From: Verrucomicrobiota bacterium
GTDB taxonomy: Bacteria; Verrucomicrobiota; Kiritimatiellia; JAKQHR01
Direction of reading: 5' to 3'
Length of the DNA: 64,000 nt
Assembly: GCA_029557905.1 (NCBI GenBank)
Contig: JAKQHR010000070.1
Coordinates: forward strand, 5,613 to 69,612
In this document: positions 18,553 to 28,509 of the stretch, in pieces
Layout: each line of letters opens with the position of its first letter
How positions within the stretch are numbered: position 1 is the first letter of the stretch
Position numbers and translations under genes: made by a program
The notes under the pieces: generated by a model
Told to the model about the DNA's origin: nothing
What the model saw: only the letters and a program-made list of their open reading frames with translations
Databases searched by the model: none

Positions 18553-19674
18553 ATGGATCAGATTCATGATTTCTTTGCGTCCTGCATCGCCGGCACGGAA
18601 AATGTGCTTTGCGATGAGCTGCGCGAGCTGAAAATCCCGAGTGTCCGCCTGAACCGGGGCGGCATACCTTTTCGGGGCGAATGGCGCGACGGCTGGCGGG
18701 CCTGCCTTGAGAGCCGCATCGCCCAGCGCATCCAGCTTCTTCTGGCGCGGTTCCCCTGCCCCGACGAGAACGCCCTCTACAGGGGCATCCGTGAAATCGC
18801 ATGGCAGGAGTATCTCACCCCGCAGAAATCCTTTGCCGTGAGCGCGGTGCTGCGGGCCAGCAAGTTGACGCACAGTGGATTCGCCGCGCTCAAGGTCAAG
18901 GACGCGATTGTGGACCACATCCGCGATCTTGAAAACAAGCGTCCGTCTGTAGACCGGGATGATCCTGATGTCCGCGTCTTTCTGTACATGGCCAATGACA
19001 AGGCCTCCGTTTATCTCGATATGTCGGGCGAATCGCTTCATATTCGCGGATATCGCACGGCTGCCGGCGAAGCGCCGCTGCGCGAGACTCTTGCAGCGGC
19101 TCTCCTGCGAATGTCCGGCTGGGACCGTAAAACAGCCCTTCTGGATCCCATGTGCGGTTCAGGAACCCTTGCCATTGAAGCGGCGCAGTGGGCGATCAAC
19201 AAGGCCCCGGGTCTGGAGCGCAGGCAGTTCGGGTTTGAACGGTGGGCAAATTTTACCTCTGAAATGGCTCATGCCCTTCGCGTTTTGAAGGGCGAACTGC
19301 GCGGCGCCATCTCAGGCACCAGCCCGAAAATTCAGGCCGCGGACATTGACTCCGCCATGGTTGAAATCGCCCGGAAAAATGCCCGCACAGCAGGCGTCAG
19401 GCTTTCCTTTAAGCAGCGGTCGCTGTTTGAAACCCAGTTTGACGGCGGACGGCAACTGGTCATTTTCAATCCGCCCTACGGCGAACGGCTGGAGGCGGAT
19501 CAGGAGTTCATCCGCAAAACAGCCGCGGCGGTCAGCCGGATGCACGGCTGGAGGGTCTGCATCCTTGCCGGAAGTCCTGAATACCAGCGCATGATTCCGG
19601 CCAAACCCGAGGCCGTAATCTCCCTGAAAAACGGGGATATTCCCTGCGATTTTCTTGTGTACGAAATTGATTGA
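18553..19674 (+). CDS. THUMP-domain class I SAM-dependent RNA methyltransferase (RlmL/RlmK N-terminal-type, NPPY family)
   Basis: Motif I DPMCGSGTLAIEAA. Motif IV IFNPPYGERL. Confidence 0.7.
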   Translation: MDQIHDFFASCIAGTENVLCDELRELKIPSVRLNRGGIPFRGEWRDGWRACLESRIAQRIQLLLARFPCPDENALYRGIREIAWQEYLTPQKSFAVSAVLRASKLTHSGFAALKVKDAIVDHIRDLENKRPSVDRDDPDVRVFLYMANDKASVYLDMSGESLHIRGYRTAAGEAPLRETLAAALLRMSGWDRKTALLDPMCGSGTLAIEAAQWAINKAPGLERRQFGFERWANFTSEMAHALRVLKGELRGAISGTSPKIQAADIDSAMVEIARKNARTAGVRLSFKQRSLFETQFDGGRQLVIFNPPYGERLEADQEFIRKTAAAVSRMHGWRVCILAGSPEYQRMIPAKPEAVISLKNGDIPCDFLVYEID

Positions 19675-19750
19675 CACAAAGCCCCGACGGGGAGAAACTG
19701 CAAATAGAGCGGGATGCAGTTTGGGGTGCGTTTCGCGGGGAGGTTGTGTC

Positions 19751-22402
19751 ATGAAAAGCAGTACTGTTCTTCTCTTTTCGGCATGTTTTCTGTACTCGGC
19801 GGTTTCAGCATTCGGGGGGCCTTCACTTCCAGTCACCAAGCCGCCCGTCGCGGATCAAAGTATACTGACCGGGCCTCCGGTTGATCCAGCGGCCACGAAC
19901 GGGCAGTGGTTCCTCGATTATGCCAGCGGTGTTGAACATTATCGCACACATGAGTTCCACGACAACCTGTTCGGCGGCCTGATGGGGGTCAATGCCATCA
20001 CGGGATTTGTAAGCAGCATTACCTATCTGGCCGGACCCGGTTCGCCGATCACGGCATTCAGCATTCAGGCAACGGTCTGGAATGACAACACCCCCGTCGG
20101 GGAATATATGGGCGGCACGAACAGCCATGGCGAATCACTTCTGTATATAGAAGCTCCTTACACGGACACACTGTACAACGTGAAGCTGACGGCCTCGTTT
20201 GCGGTCACAGACACGACCAACCTGCCTTCTCCGTCTCCCATCGGGCCGTATCCGCCGTATCTGGATCAGCAGCCGTACATTGAAGCCACGAATGAAGACC
20301 AGGCCGCATGGTACTGCTGGTCACCGGAAAGTGTTGAGTCTCCGACCGGCGGTTATTTCGTGCCGACCTGGGACTTTGGCGACATCCTCCCCGGACAGTC
20401 CTCGACCCGGCAGCTTGACTTTATTGTTCCCGCCACGATGTCCCCGATAGATTTCCGCTACAGCGTGCTTGTGCAGTCGCAGGCCACGCAGGCGGATATT
20501 CTGCTGAACCGGAGCACCTCGCTGAAAATCAGCACCTGGATGGATACCATATACTTCGATACTGGGGCCCCTTATCCGGAAGAACCCTTCCGCGGGAGCG
20601 ATGTGTCGGTGTTTCACAGCATCCCGGAAGAGGAGGAAGAGCCGGAACAGGATTTCGGCGATGCGCCGGATCCCAACTATCCGACACTGCTGGTTAATGA
20701 CGGCGCGCGGCACATCATCGTCCCGGGGATACAAATGGGATCCGCCATTGACGCTGAAGCCGATGGACAGCAGTCTCCCAATGCGGACGGCGATGACAAT
20801 GCGGGTATTGCCGACGAAGACGGGGTCAGCTTCATGGGGCTGAATTATGCTGGACAGATCAGCACCGTGGCGGTGAGCTGCTCCACATCAGGCTGGCTCT
20901 ACATCTGGGTGGACTTTGACGCCAACGGCAGCTGGGGTGATTTCGGCGAACATCAGAACCAGTGGGCCACACAGGGTCTGAATTATGCTCAAATCGCCTT
21001 CCCCACCAACGCCGCCATCGGAAACACCTGTGCCCGCTTCCGTTTCACCACCGACACCAATTCATTGAACAACACCGGCCAGGCCCGCGACGGAGAAGTG
21101 GAAGACTATCTCATCACGATTAAAAAAGAGGAAGAAGAGCAGCTCGATTTCGGCGACGCGATGGACAATGCGCTGATGCCTGTCTATCCGACGCTCGCAG
21201 CGAACGCCGGCGCGTGTCACACCATTGTGCCGGGGGTGATGCTCGGAACCGCTGTGGACGGGGAGCCGGACGGGCAGCCAGCGCCAAACGCCGACGGAGA
21301 CGACAACAACCCGCCTCCTCCGGGGGGCATTGATGACGAGGACGGCGTGACGCTGCCGTCGGTTTTTGTTGCTGGTGCCAGTCCGGTCATTTCCGTTGTG
21401 GCTTCCACCGGAGGTTTTCTTGACGCGTGGATTGACTGGAACTGCGACAACGACTGGGCCGATCCGGGGGAGCAAGTGTTCACAAGCACACCGCTCAGCG
21501 CAGGACTCAACGTCCTGACCCTGCTTGTGCCGCAGCCCCCCGTGCTGGCTGCCGGCGGCCCGCATTCCCGATGGCGGTTCACCACGAACGCGACCGCCTC
21601 GGTTTCGTACACGGGATGGATTGACCATGGCGAAGTGGAAGACTATGAAGTTCGTCTCGAAGTCCTCGATTTCGGCGACGCGCCGGACCCGTCCTATCCC
21701 ACTCTTCTCGCAAGCGACGGGGCGCGCCATCGGGTTCCTTCGGTCTATTACCTGGGGGCGACGGCGCCCGACAGCGATCCGGACGGACTCCCCGCCCCCA
21801 GCGCAGACGGGGATGATCTGTCCAATCTGCCGGACGAAGACGGGGTTTCTCTCGGGTCGGCCCTGTTTCGCGGGCAGACAACCATGTCCACTGTTTCCGC
21901 GTCGATTGGCGGCCTGCTGGATGCATGGATGGACTTCAATGCGGACGGAGACTGGTCCGACGCCGGTGAAAACATAGCGGCATCCCATCCGCTGTCCGCG
22001 GGCGCAAATCCCTTCAACATCACCGTCCCCGCATCCGCTGCGCTGGGCCCGACCTATGCGCGTTTCCGCTTCAGCAGCGGCGGCGGCCTCAGTTATACCG
22101 GGCTGGCTTCAGACGGAGAGGTGGAGGATTACATGTTTACCATCCACCAGCAGTCACCAGACACCAACACCTTCGCCGTCACCAGCATGGTGCTTTCGGC
22201 GGGCAGCGTTTTCACCATCCAATGGGCGGGCGAAAGCAACGTGACCTATGAAACACAGACGCTGGGCGATCTGCTGACGACGGCCGCGCCGCCCTGGACG
22301 GCATGGGGGCCCCGCATCACCGGCGGACCCTATACGCTGACGTTCACCAATATTCTGGAAACGACCCGGTTCTTCCGCGTCGTGGCGCCCTTCGCCCAGT
22401 AG
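19751..22402 (+). CDS. Large secreted protein with 3-4 repeated GEVED-type modules
   Basis: Signal peptide MKSSTVLLFSACFLYSAVSAFG. Module repeated: DFGDAPDPxYPTL..DGARH ... DGxPxxNADGDD ... DEDGV ... RFRF(T/S) ... GEVEDY. Found at about aa 330, 490 and 660. Confidence 0.6.
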   Translation: MKSSTVLLFSACFLYSAVSAFGGPSLPVTKPPVADQSILTGPPVDPAATNGQWFLDYASGVEHYRTHEFHDNLFGGLMGVNAITGFVSSITYLAGPGSPITAFSIQATVWNDNTPVGEYMGGTNSHGESLLYIEAPYTDTLYNVKLTASFAVTDTTNLPSPSPIGPYPPYLDQQPYIEATNEDQAAWYCWSPESVESPTGGYFVPTWDFGDILPGQSSTRQLDFIVPATMSPIDFRYSVLVQSQATQADILLNRSTSLKISTWMDTIYFDTGAPYPEEPFRGSDVSVFHSIPEEEEEPEQDFGDAPDPNYPTLLVNDGARHIIVPGIQMGSAIDAEADGQQSPNADGDDNAGIADEDGVSFMGLNYAGQISTVAVSCSTSGWLYIWVDFDANGSWGDFGEHQNQWATQGLNYAQIAFPTNAAIGNTCARFRFTTDTNSLNNTGQARDGEVEDYLITIKKEEEEQLDFGDAMDNALMPVYPTLAANAGACHTIVPGVMLGTAVDGEPDGQPAPNADGDDNNPPPPGGIDDEDGVTLPSVFVAGASPVISVVASTGGFLDAWIDWNCDNDWADPGEQVFTSTPLSAGLNVLTLLVPQPPVLAAGGPHSRWRFTTNATASVSYTGWIDHGEVEDYEVRLEVLDFGDAPDPSYPTLLASDGARHRVPSVYYLGATAPDSDPDGLPAPSADGDDLSNLPDEDGVSLGSALFRGQTTMSTVSASIGGLLDAWMDFNADGDWSDAGENIAASHPLSAGANPFNITVPASAALGPTYARFRFSSGGGLSYTGLASDGEVEDYMFTIHQQSPDTNTFAVTSMVLSAGSVFTIQWAGESNVTYETQTLGDLLTTAAPPWTAWGPRITGGPYTLTFTNILETTRFFRVVAPFAQ

Positions 22403-22463
22403 GCTTAATCAAGCTTCCTGCTCGACTTGCGCGGCCGCTTCGCTTAATTTGGCGGCATGGTAT

Positions 22464-22556
22464 TTCAAAAGTTCCAATCATTGGAAGTTTCTGCGCGAAA
22501 AGTTCCAATGATTGGAAGTTTTTTTGCAAAAAGTTCCAGCCATTGGAAGTTTTGAA
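22464..22556. repeat. Array of 3 near-palindromic units (AAAGTTCCAAT-SA-TTGGAAGTTTTT), 31-bp period, ending 13 nt before the glycogen synthase ATG
   Basis: GTTCC cores at 22471, 22502 and 22533. Inverted repeat TTCCAAT/ATTGGAA around each core. Second, similar array at 43941-44030. Confidence 0.8.
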
Positions 22557-22568
22557 AGGGGTCGAGAC

Positions 22569-24395
22569 ATGAGTGCGAAAGCGCCACACGACAAGAATTC
22601 GTCATCGGTTGCGGAAAATCTGCGGCCGCTTCTTTTTGAGGCGGCATGGGAAGTCTGCCAGAAAATCGGGGGCATTTATACCGTGATTCGAAGCAAGGTC
22701 CCGGAGATCATGTCCACCTGGGGGCAGCGTTACTGCCTGCTGGGCCCCTATAATCCCGAGGTATCGCCGCTGGAATTCGAGGAAACAGAACTGGACGGCC
22801 CTCTCGCCCCGGTGATCGCCAAAATGCGCGAAAAGGGGTTCGTGGTGCATACCGGCTACTGGCTGGTGACCGGCCGGCCGCGAGTGATCCTGTTTGAATA
22901 CAAGCAGTTTGAATCGCGCCTGCCGGAAATCCGCAAGATGATGCAGGACCATCACGGCATTCCCGTGGCGCCGGAGGACAGCCTCACCAGCGAGGTTGCG
23001 CTGTTCGGCTGGGTGCTGACGGAGTTCTACACGATGCTGAACGACCTCAAGTCGCTCAAGAATCCTGTTATTGCGCATTTCCATGAGTGGATGTCGGCCA
23101 CGGCCATTCCCGAGCTGCGCCGCCGCGGCAACCGCGCAGGCATTGTTTTCACCACGCACGCGACGATGCTCGGACGCTACCTTGCGATGAACAACCCTGA
23201 GTTCTACACCCACATGACCGGCATCGACTGGCAGGCGCAGTCCCATCATTTCAACATCATGGGCCCTGTCATGATCGAGCGTGCCGCCGCGCACGGGGCG
23301 CATGTCTTCACGACGGTCAGCAAGGTGACCGGCCGCGAGTGCGAGGCGCTGCTGGACCGCGCGCCGGACGTGCTGCTCCCGAACGGCCTGAACCTGCGCC
23401 GCTTCGTGGCGATGCACGAATTCCAGAACCTTCACCGCAGCTACAAGGAGAAGATCCACCAGTTCGTTATGGCGCACTTCTTCCCCAGCTACACGTTCGA
23501 TCTCGACAACACGCTGTATTTCTTCACCGCCGGCCGCTACGAATACCGCAACAAGGGCTTCGACATGACCCTCGAGGCGATGGCCCGCCTGAATTACCGC
23601 ATCAAGCTCAGCGGCCTCAACCGCACCGTCGTGTTTTTCCTGATCACGCGGCAGGCCTACAAGTCGGCCAGCGCCGAAGTGTTCCGCCGCCAGGCGATGC
23701 TCGAGGAAATGCACGGCGCGTGCGAATCCATCAAGGATTCGCTGGGAAGCAGGCTTCTGATGGCGGCGGCAAAGGGACATATTCCCGAATACGAAACACT
23801 GGTGGACGAGACATCCCGCATGAGGCTGCGCCGCATCATGCACGCGTGGCCGTCCAGCGTCCTGCCCCCGTTTGTGACCCATGACCTTGTGAACGATGAC
23901 GAGGTGCTGCAGAAAATCCGGGCCTGCAAACTGATTAACCGGCCCGATGATCCCGTGAAGGTGATCTACTACCCTGAATTTGTTTCCACCAGCGACGGCC
24001 TCCTCGGCATTGAATACGACAACTTCGTGCGCGGCTGCCATCTGGGAATATTCCCGAGCTATTATGAGCCGTGGGGTTATACCCCGCTCGAGTGCGTGGC
24101 CTGCGGTGTGCCCGCCGTCACCAGCGACCTGAGCGGCTTTGGAAGCTATCTCAACCGCTGCATGCCGGACTGGGCCGAGCGCGGGCTTTATGTGGCCCCG
24201 CGCCGCGATAAAACCGAAGATGAATCCGTCAACGAGCTTACGGGCTGGCTCTACAATTTCGCACAGATGGACCGCCGTGAACGCATATCTCTCCGCAACA
24301 AGGTGGAGCGCTCCTCGGATGAGTTCGACTGGCACAATCTGGGCAGGAACTACACCGAGGCCTATGAAACAGTCTGCCGGCGAGCGGGGTTTTGA
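22569..24395 (+). CDS. Glycogen synthase, eukaryotic-type (GT3 family)
   Basis: N-terminus LFEAAWEVCQKIGGIYTVIRSK (GT3 hallmark). Length about 610 aa. C-terminal EPWGYTPLEC. The six-frame start at 22512 lies inside the repeat array, so the start was moved to the ATG at 22569. Confidence 0.65.
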   Translation: MSAKAPHDKNSSSVAENLRPLLFEAAWEVCQKIGGIYTVIRSKVPEIMSTWGQRYCLLGPYNPEVSPLEFEETELDGPLAPVIAKMREKGFVVHTGYWLVTGRPRVILFEYKQFESRLPEIRKMMQDHHGIPVAPEDSLTSEVALFGWVLTEFYTMLNDLKSLKNPVIAHFHEWMSATAIPELRRRGNRAGIVFTTHATMLGRYLAMNNPEFYTHMTGIDWQAQSHHFNIMGPVMIERAAAHGAHVFTTVSKVTGRECEALLDRAPDVLLPNGLNLRRFVAMHEFQNLHRSYKEKIHQFVMAHFFPSYTFDLDNTLYFFTAGRYEYRNKGFDMTLEAMARLNYRIKLSGLNRTVVFFLITRQAYKSASAEVFRRQAMLEEMHGACESIKDSLGSRLLMAAAKGHIPEYETLVDETSRMRLRRIMHAWPSSVLPPFVTHDLVNDDEVLQKIRACKLINRPDDPVKVIYYPEFVSTSDGLLGIEYDNFVRGCHLGIFPSYYEPWGYTPLECVACGVPAVTSDLSGFGSYLNRCMPDWAERGLYVAPRRDKTEDESVNELTGWLYNFAQMDRRERISLRNKVERSSDEFDWHNLGRNYTEAYETVCRRAGF

Positions 24396-24447
24396 CAAAT
24401 TCGCGCGGGGCGGCTATGTTGACCGGATTAAAACAGGAGAAACGTGA

Positions 24448-25623
24448 ATGAAAGCGATTGTGATTGTTCTGGATTCAGTGGGTATCGGCGAAGCGCCTGA
24501 CGCGGCGGATTTCGGTGATGCCGGCGCCGCCACCCTTCCCCATCTGGCCAAGGCTGTCGGCGGCATAAAGGCTCCCACGCTTGAGGCCATGGGTCTGGGC
24601 AACATCCAGAAACTTTTTCCCGGGGGCAAGCCCATTGCCGGAGTTAATGCCGTTGAGAAGCCCATCGCATCCTTTGCCGCCATGGAAGAAGTCTCGGTCG
24701 GCAAGGACACGATCACGGGCCACTGGGAGTTTGCGGGTCTGGAAATCAATCCGGGATTCACCAATTTCCCACTGGAATACCCATCCTTCCCCGACGACCT
24801 GCTGAAGGCCTTTGAGAAGCAGACCGGCCGCGGAACCATCGGGAACAAGGGAGCGAGCGGAACCGCCATTCTTGACGAACTGGGCGAAGAGCACATGAAG
24901 ACGGGGAAGTGGATTGTGTACACCAGTGCCGACTCCGTCTTCCAGATTGCCGCGCACAATGACGTTGTTCCGCTGAAGGAGCTTTACAAAGCCTGCGAGA
25001 TCGCCCGCAAGCTCTGCGATCCGCTGCGCGTCGGCCGCATCATCGCGCGGCCGTTCATCGGGAAGCCGGGGGCATTTGAACGCACGCATGACCGCAAGGA
25101 TTATGCCTTCGAGCCCACCGAGCCCACCATTCTTGAGCGGCTGAAGGACGCAGGGGTTCCGGTTTACGCCGTGGGCAAGATCGAGGACATTTACGTCCAT
25201 CGCGGCATCACCGAGTCAGTTCACACCGGCAACAACGTGACGTCGCAGGCACAGGTTGAGAAATTCACAAAGGAGAAGAAGGATGGCCTGATCTTCGCGA
25301 ACTACATTGACTTCGACATGGTATACGGCCACCGGCGCGACTCGGAGGGCTACGCCAAATCCATAGAGCAGACCGACGAGTGGCTGGCGGGCTATCTGCC
25401 GATGCTCACGGAAGACGACATGCTGATCGTCACCGCCGACCACGGAAACGATCCGACCTTCAAGGGAACGGACCACACGCGCGAATATGTGCCGCTGCTG
25501 GTGTATCGCAAAGGACAGCCGGGACGGTCGCTGGGAATTCGCAAAGGCTTCTACGACATTGCGCAGACGCTGGCGGACTTTTTCAAGATCAGCCCGATGC
25601 CCCGCGGAAAAAGCTGGCTGTGA
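24448..25623 (+). CDS. deoB: Phosphopentomutase
   Basis: N-terminus MKAIVIVLDSVGIGEAPDAADFGD and TADHGNDPT metal-binding motif. 391 aa. Confidence 0.85.
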   Translation: MKAIVIVLDSVGIGEAPDAADFGDAGAATLPHLAKAVGGIKAPTLEAMGLGNIQKLFPGGKPIAGVNAVEKPIASFAAMEEVSVGKDTITGHWEFAGLEINPGFTNFPLEYPSFPDDLLKAFEKQTGRGTIGNKGASGTAILDELGEEHMKTGKWIVYTSADSVFQIAAHNDVVPLKELYKACEIARKLCDPLRVGRIIARPFIGKPGAFERTHDRKDYAFEPTEPTILERLKDAGVPVYAVGKIEDIYVHRGITESVHTGNNVTSQAQVEKFTKEKKDGLIFANYIDFDMVYGHRRDSEGYAKSIEQTDEWLAGYLPMLTEDDMLIVTADHGNDPTFKGTDHTREYVPLLVYRKGQPGRSLGIRKGFYDIAQTLADFFKISPMPRGKSWL

Positions 25624-25667
25624 TACTCCATTGACACCCGCGCGGGAAACGGCTACTCTGCGCGCAT

Positions 25668-26981
25668 ATGGTACCTCAATGGATTATTGAAAAGAAACGA
25701 GACGGCGAGGCCCTTTCACGCGAGGAAATAGAATTCTTCATCAACGGCTTCACCGACGGAAGCATCCCCGACTATCAGATGGCCGCCATGGCCATGGCGA
25801 TTTATCTCAAGGGAATGACTTTCGACGAGGTCGCGGTCCTGACCGAGACCATGATGAACTCCGGCGATATTGTCGACACCTCGGCCATCGAACGCCCGAA
25901 AGTGGACAAGCACTCCACGGGCGGCATAGGCGACAAGGTGTCTCTGATCCTGGCCCCTCTTGTGGCATGCTGCGGCGGCGGTGTCCCCATGATTTCCGGA
26001 CGCGGACTGGGCATCACCGGCGGAACACTGGACAAGTTCGAGGCCATTCCGGGCTATCGCACCGATTTGAGCGTCGAGGAGTTCATTGGCGTCGTCAACA
26101 AGTGCGGATGTTCCATCATTGGCCAGACCGGCCGGCTTGCTCCGGCCGACAAGAAGCTCTATGCGCTTCGCGATGTCACTGGGACCGTTCCCTCCATCCC
26201 TCTCATCACGGCCAGCATCATGAGCAAGAAGATGGCCGCCGGGCTGGACGCGCTCGTGCTGGATGTGAAATGGGGCAAGGGCGCATTCATGAAGACCCGC
26301 GAAAATGCCAAGGCACTCGCCCTGAGCATGGTGGAAGTGGGCACCCGCATGGGCAAGGGAATGGCAGCCCTCATCACCGACATGAACCAGCCTCTCGGAC
26401 GCACGGCCGGAAACACGGTTGAAATCATAGAAACGGTCAAAGCGCTCTCGGGCGAAGGGGCAGAGGATCTGATGATTGTGACCATGGCCCTGTCGGCGCA
26501 AATGCTGACGCTGACCGGCCTGGCGCCGGGTGAAAATGCCGCCATGCTGATGCTGGAGGAAAAGATCCGGTCCGGCGAGGCACTGGAAAAGTTCAAGGAA
26601 ATGGTTCAACTGCATGGCGGGGACGTTTCTTCGCTGGAAGACTTCAGAAAGCTGCCGACAGCCAAAACCATTCAGCCCATGCTGTCGCCGAAAAACGGTT
26701 ATATCGCCGCCGTGGATGCCGAGAAGATCGGCAAGGCGGTTCTGCTGCTCGGCGCGGGCCGCATGAAAACCACCGATACGGTGGACCATGCGGTCGGAGC
26801 CACGGACCTGCTTAAGATCGGCGAGCAGGTTTCGAAGGGCGATCCCCTGCTTACAATGCACATCAACAGCACAAACCGGCTGGCGGAAGCAGAAAAGCTT
26901 TTCATGGATGCCTTTATATTTTCTGATGCGCCTGTGTCCCCGCCCCCTTTTATTAACGAACTCATACTGCCGGAGGAATAG
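25668..26981 (+). CDS. deoA: Thymidine/pyrimidine-nucleoside phosphorylase
   Basis: IIEKKRDGEALSREEIEFFINGF ... DKHSTGGIGDKVSLILAP ... classic TP/PyNP motifs. 437 aa. Confidence 0.85.
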   Translation: MVPQWIIEKKRDGEALSREEIEFFINGFTDGSIPDYQMAAMAMAIYLKGMTFDEVAVLTETMMNSGDIVDTSAIERPKVDKHSTGGIGDKVSLILAPLVACCGGGVPMISGRGLGITGGTLDKFEAIPGYRTDLSVEEFIGVVNKCGCSIIGQTGRLAPADKKLYALRDVTGTVPSIPLITASIMSKKMAAGLDALVLDVKWGKGAFMKTRENAKALALSMVEVGTRMGKGMAALITDMNQPLGRTAGNTVEIIETVKALSGEGAEDLMIVTMALSAQMLTLTGLAPGENAAMLMLEEKIRSGEALEKFKEMVQLHGGDVSSLEDFRKLPTAKTIQPMLSPKNGYIAAVDAEKIGKAVLLLGAGRMKTTDTVDHAVGATDLLKIGEQVSKGDPLLTMHINSTNRLAEAEKLFMDAFIFSDAPVSPPPFINELILPEE

Positions 26982-26984
26982 ACC

Positions 26985-27827
26985 ATGACCATCAGCTACG
27001 ACGTACTGGAACGGGCGCTTCAGAGCATCAAACAGGCATGGCCTGAAGCCAAGCCATCCTGCGGGCTGATTCTGGGATCCGGCTGGAGTGACGTGGCAGA
27101 GGCCTTTACCGTGAAATCCACCATTGCCTATGAAGACATTCCAGGCCTTGGCGCGCCTGGCGTGGTCGGGCATTCCGGCCGGCTCATCTGGGCTGAACAC
27201 GCCGGACTGGAGACGTTCGTGTTCCAGGGCCGCCGTCACTGGTATGAAGGCGAGGGATGGACTCCGGTTTCCCTGCCCATCTATGTCCTGAAAAAGCTGG
27301 GATGCACCCGCCTGATGGTTACCAATGCCGCGGGCGGCATCAATTCCGATTTCCAGGTCGGGGATCTGATGGTCATCACGGATCACATTAATGCCATGTG
27401 CGCGCACCCGCTCATCGGGAAGGCCAACTCAATCTGGGGGCCGCGGTTTCCCGATCAGACGTATCTCTATAACGCTAAACTGCGCGACCAGCTGGCGCTG
27501 GCCGCGCGCAAGTGCAATATCCGCCTCAAGCAGGGTGTTTATCTGGCTGCATCCGGACCGACCTATGAAACCCCCGCCGAAATACGCTCCTATAAGACGT
27601 GGGGCGCGGATGCGGTGGGCATGTCCACCGTGCCGGAAGCCATGCTGGCAAACGCCGCGGGCATCAAGGTCGTGGGGCTGTCCTGCATTACTAATTTTGC
27701 AGCCGGAATCCTGGATCAGCCGCTTTCGCACAAAGAAGTCACTGAGGCCACGCGGGTCGCCATGCCTAAAATGACATCCCTCGTACTGCAGTTCTGGGGC
27801 GAGATGGCGGAAGCCGGCCTCGACTGA
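26985..27827 (+). CDS. punA: Purine nucleoside phosphorylase (PunA/MTAP trimeric family)
   Basis: 280 aa. VGMSTVPEA and GLSCITNFAAG conserved PNP-I motifs. Confidence 0.8.
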   Translation: MTISYDVLERALQSIKQAWPEAKPSCGLILGSGWSDVAEAFTVKSTIAYEDIPGLGAPGVVGHSGRLIWAEHAGLETFVFQGRRHWYEGEGWTPVSLPIYVLKKLGCTRLMVTNAAGGINSDFQVGDLMVITDHINAMCAHPLIGKANSIWGPRFPDQTYLYNAKLRDQLALAARKCNIRLKQGVYLAASGPTYETPAEIRSYKTWGADAVGMSTVPEAMLANAAGIKVVGLSCITNFAAGILDQPLSHKEVTEATRVAMPKMTSLVLQFWGEMAEAGLD

Positions 27828-27870
27828 TCCATGTCTTTTGAGGCTGCGGGAGGCTGTTTTTGCGGAGTTT

Positions 27871-28287
27871 CTAATCTCCCGTCACCGTCACGACAATCCT
27901 GCGGCTTCTGGATTTGACGTCGCATTCCAGATGGAAAATCTGCTGCCATGTCCCCAGCACGAGCCCGCCGTTCTCCACCGGGACTATAAGCGACGGGCCC
28001 ATCAGGGCCGCCTGAAGATGTGAATGTCCGTTGCCGTCATGCCAGGTCTGCTCATGCCCATATTCGCAGGATGGCGGAATCAGGCGATCCAGCATTTCAG
28101 GCAGATCCCGCTCCAAGCCCGGTTCGAATTCAATCGTGCCTATCACCGCCGTGCTGCCCACATTGAACACATTCACAAGACCGGTCCGAATGCCGGATTC
28201 TGCCACAGCATCCGCAACCTGTGACGTGATGTCATGTATGTCGCGATGACCGTTTGTCGGGACGGTTATATTTTTCCGGTACACCAT
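27871..28287 (-). CDS. yjbQ: YjbQ/UPF0047 family protein (secondary thiamine-phosphate synthase-like)
   Basis: 138 aa starting MVYRKNITVPTNG..DITSQV..ESGIRTGLVNVF. The ORF-track start at 28446 overlaps the tRNA, so the start was moved to the internal ATG at 28287. Confidence 0.65.
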   Translation of the reverse strand: MVYRKNITVPTNGHRDIHDITSQVADAVAESGIRTGLVNVFNVGSTAVIGTIEFEPGLERDLPEMLDRLIPPSCEYGHEQTWHDGNGHSHLQAALMGPSLIVPVENGGLVLGTWQQIFHLECDVKSRSRRIVVTVTGD

Positions 28288-28335
28288 GACCTGAAGCCTA
28301 TGCGGCAACTCCTTTGAGAAACAAGAGCAAAATGA

Positions 28336-28360
28336 AAAGACCCGCTTCCGCGGGCCTTCA
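28336..28360 (-). terminator. Rho-independent terminator downstream of tRNA-Met
   Basis: Minus-strand GGCCCGCGGAAGCGGGTC hairpin followed by TTTTCATTTT. Confidence 0.55.
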
Positions 28361-28364
28361 AAAT

Positions 28365-28441
<77 letters not shown>

Positions 28442-28509
28442 ATCAAATATCACGGGAGAACATAATGCACACACGCTGAGATGCAAGCGAAAAAATATTT
28501 ATTCCTCGG

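Noticed and set aside
21062-21988. 308-aa minus-strand ORF inside the GEVED protein gene
   Set aside because: Antisense. The sense frame has signal peptide and repeated conserved modules.
22403-22560. Possible CRISPR-like array (short palindromic repeats)
   Set aside because: Only 3 units, contiguous without unique spacers, 31-bp period, no cas genes. More consistent with an operator array or small repeat family.
22602-24398. 598-aa ORF on the minus strand
   Set aside because: Antisense to, and fully overlapping, the well-supported GT3 glycogen synthase. Arg/Ala/Gly/His-rich low-complexity translation typical of GC-rich antisense frames.
25716-27407. 563-aa minus-strand ORF
   Set aside because: Overlaps deoA and punA on the opposite strand. 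No motifs. GC-driven open frame.
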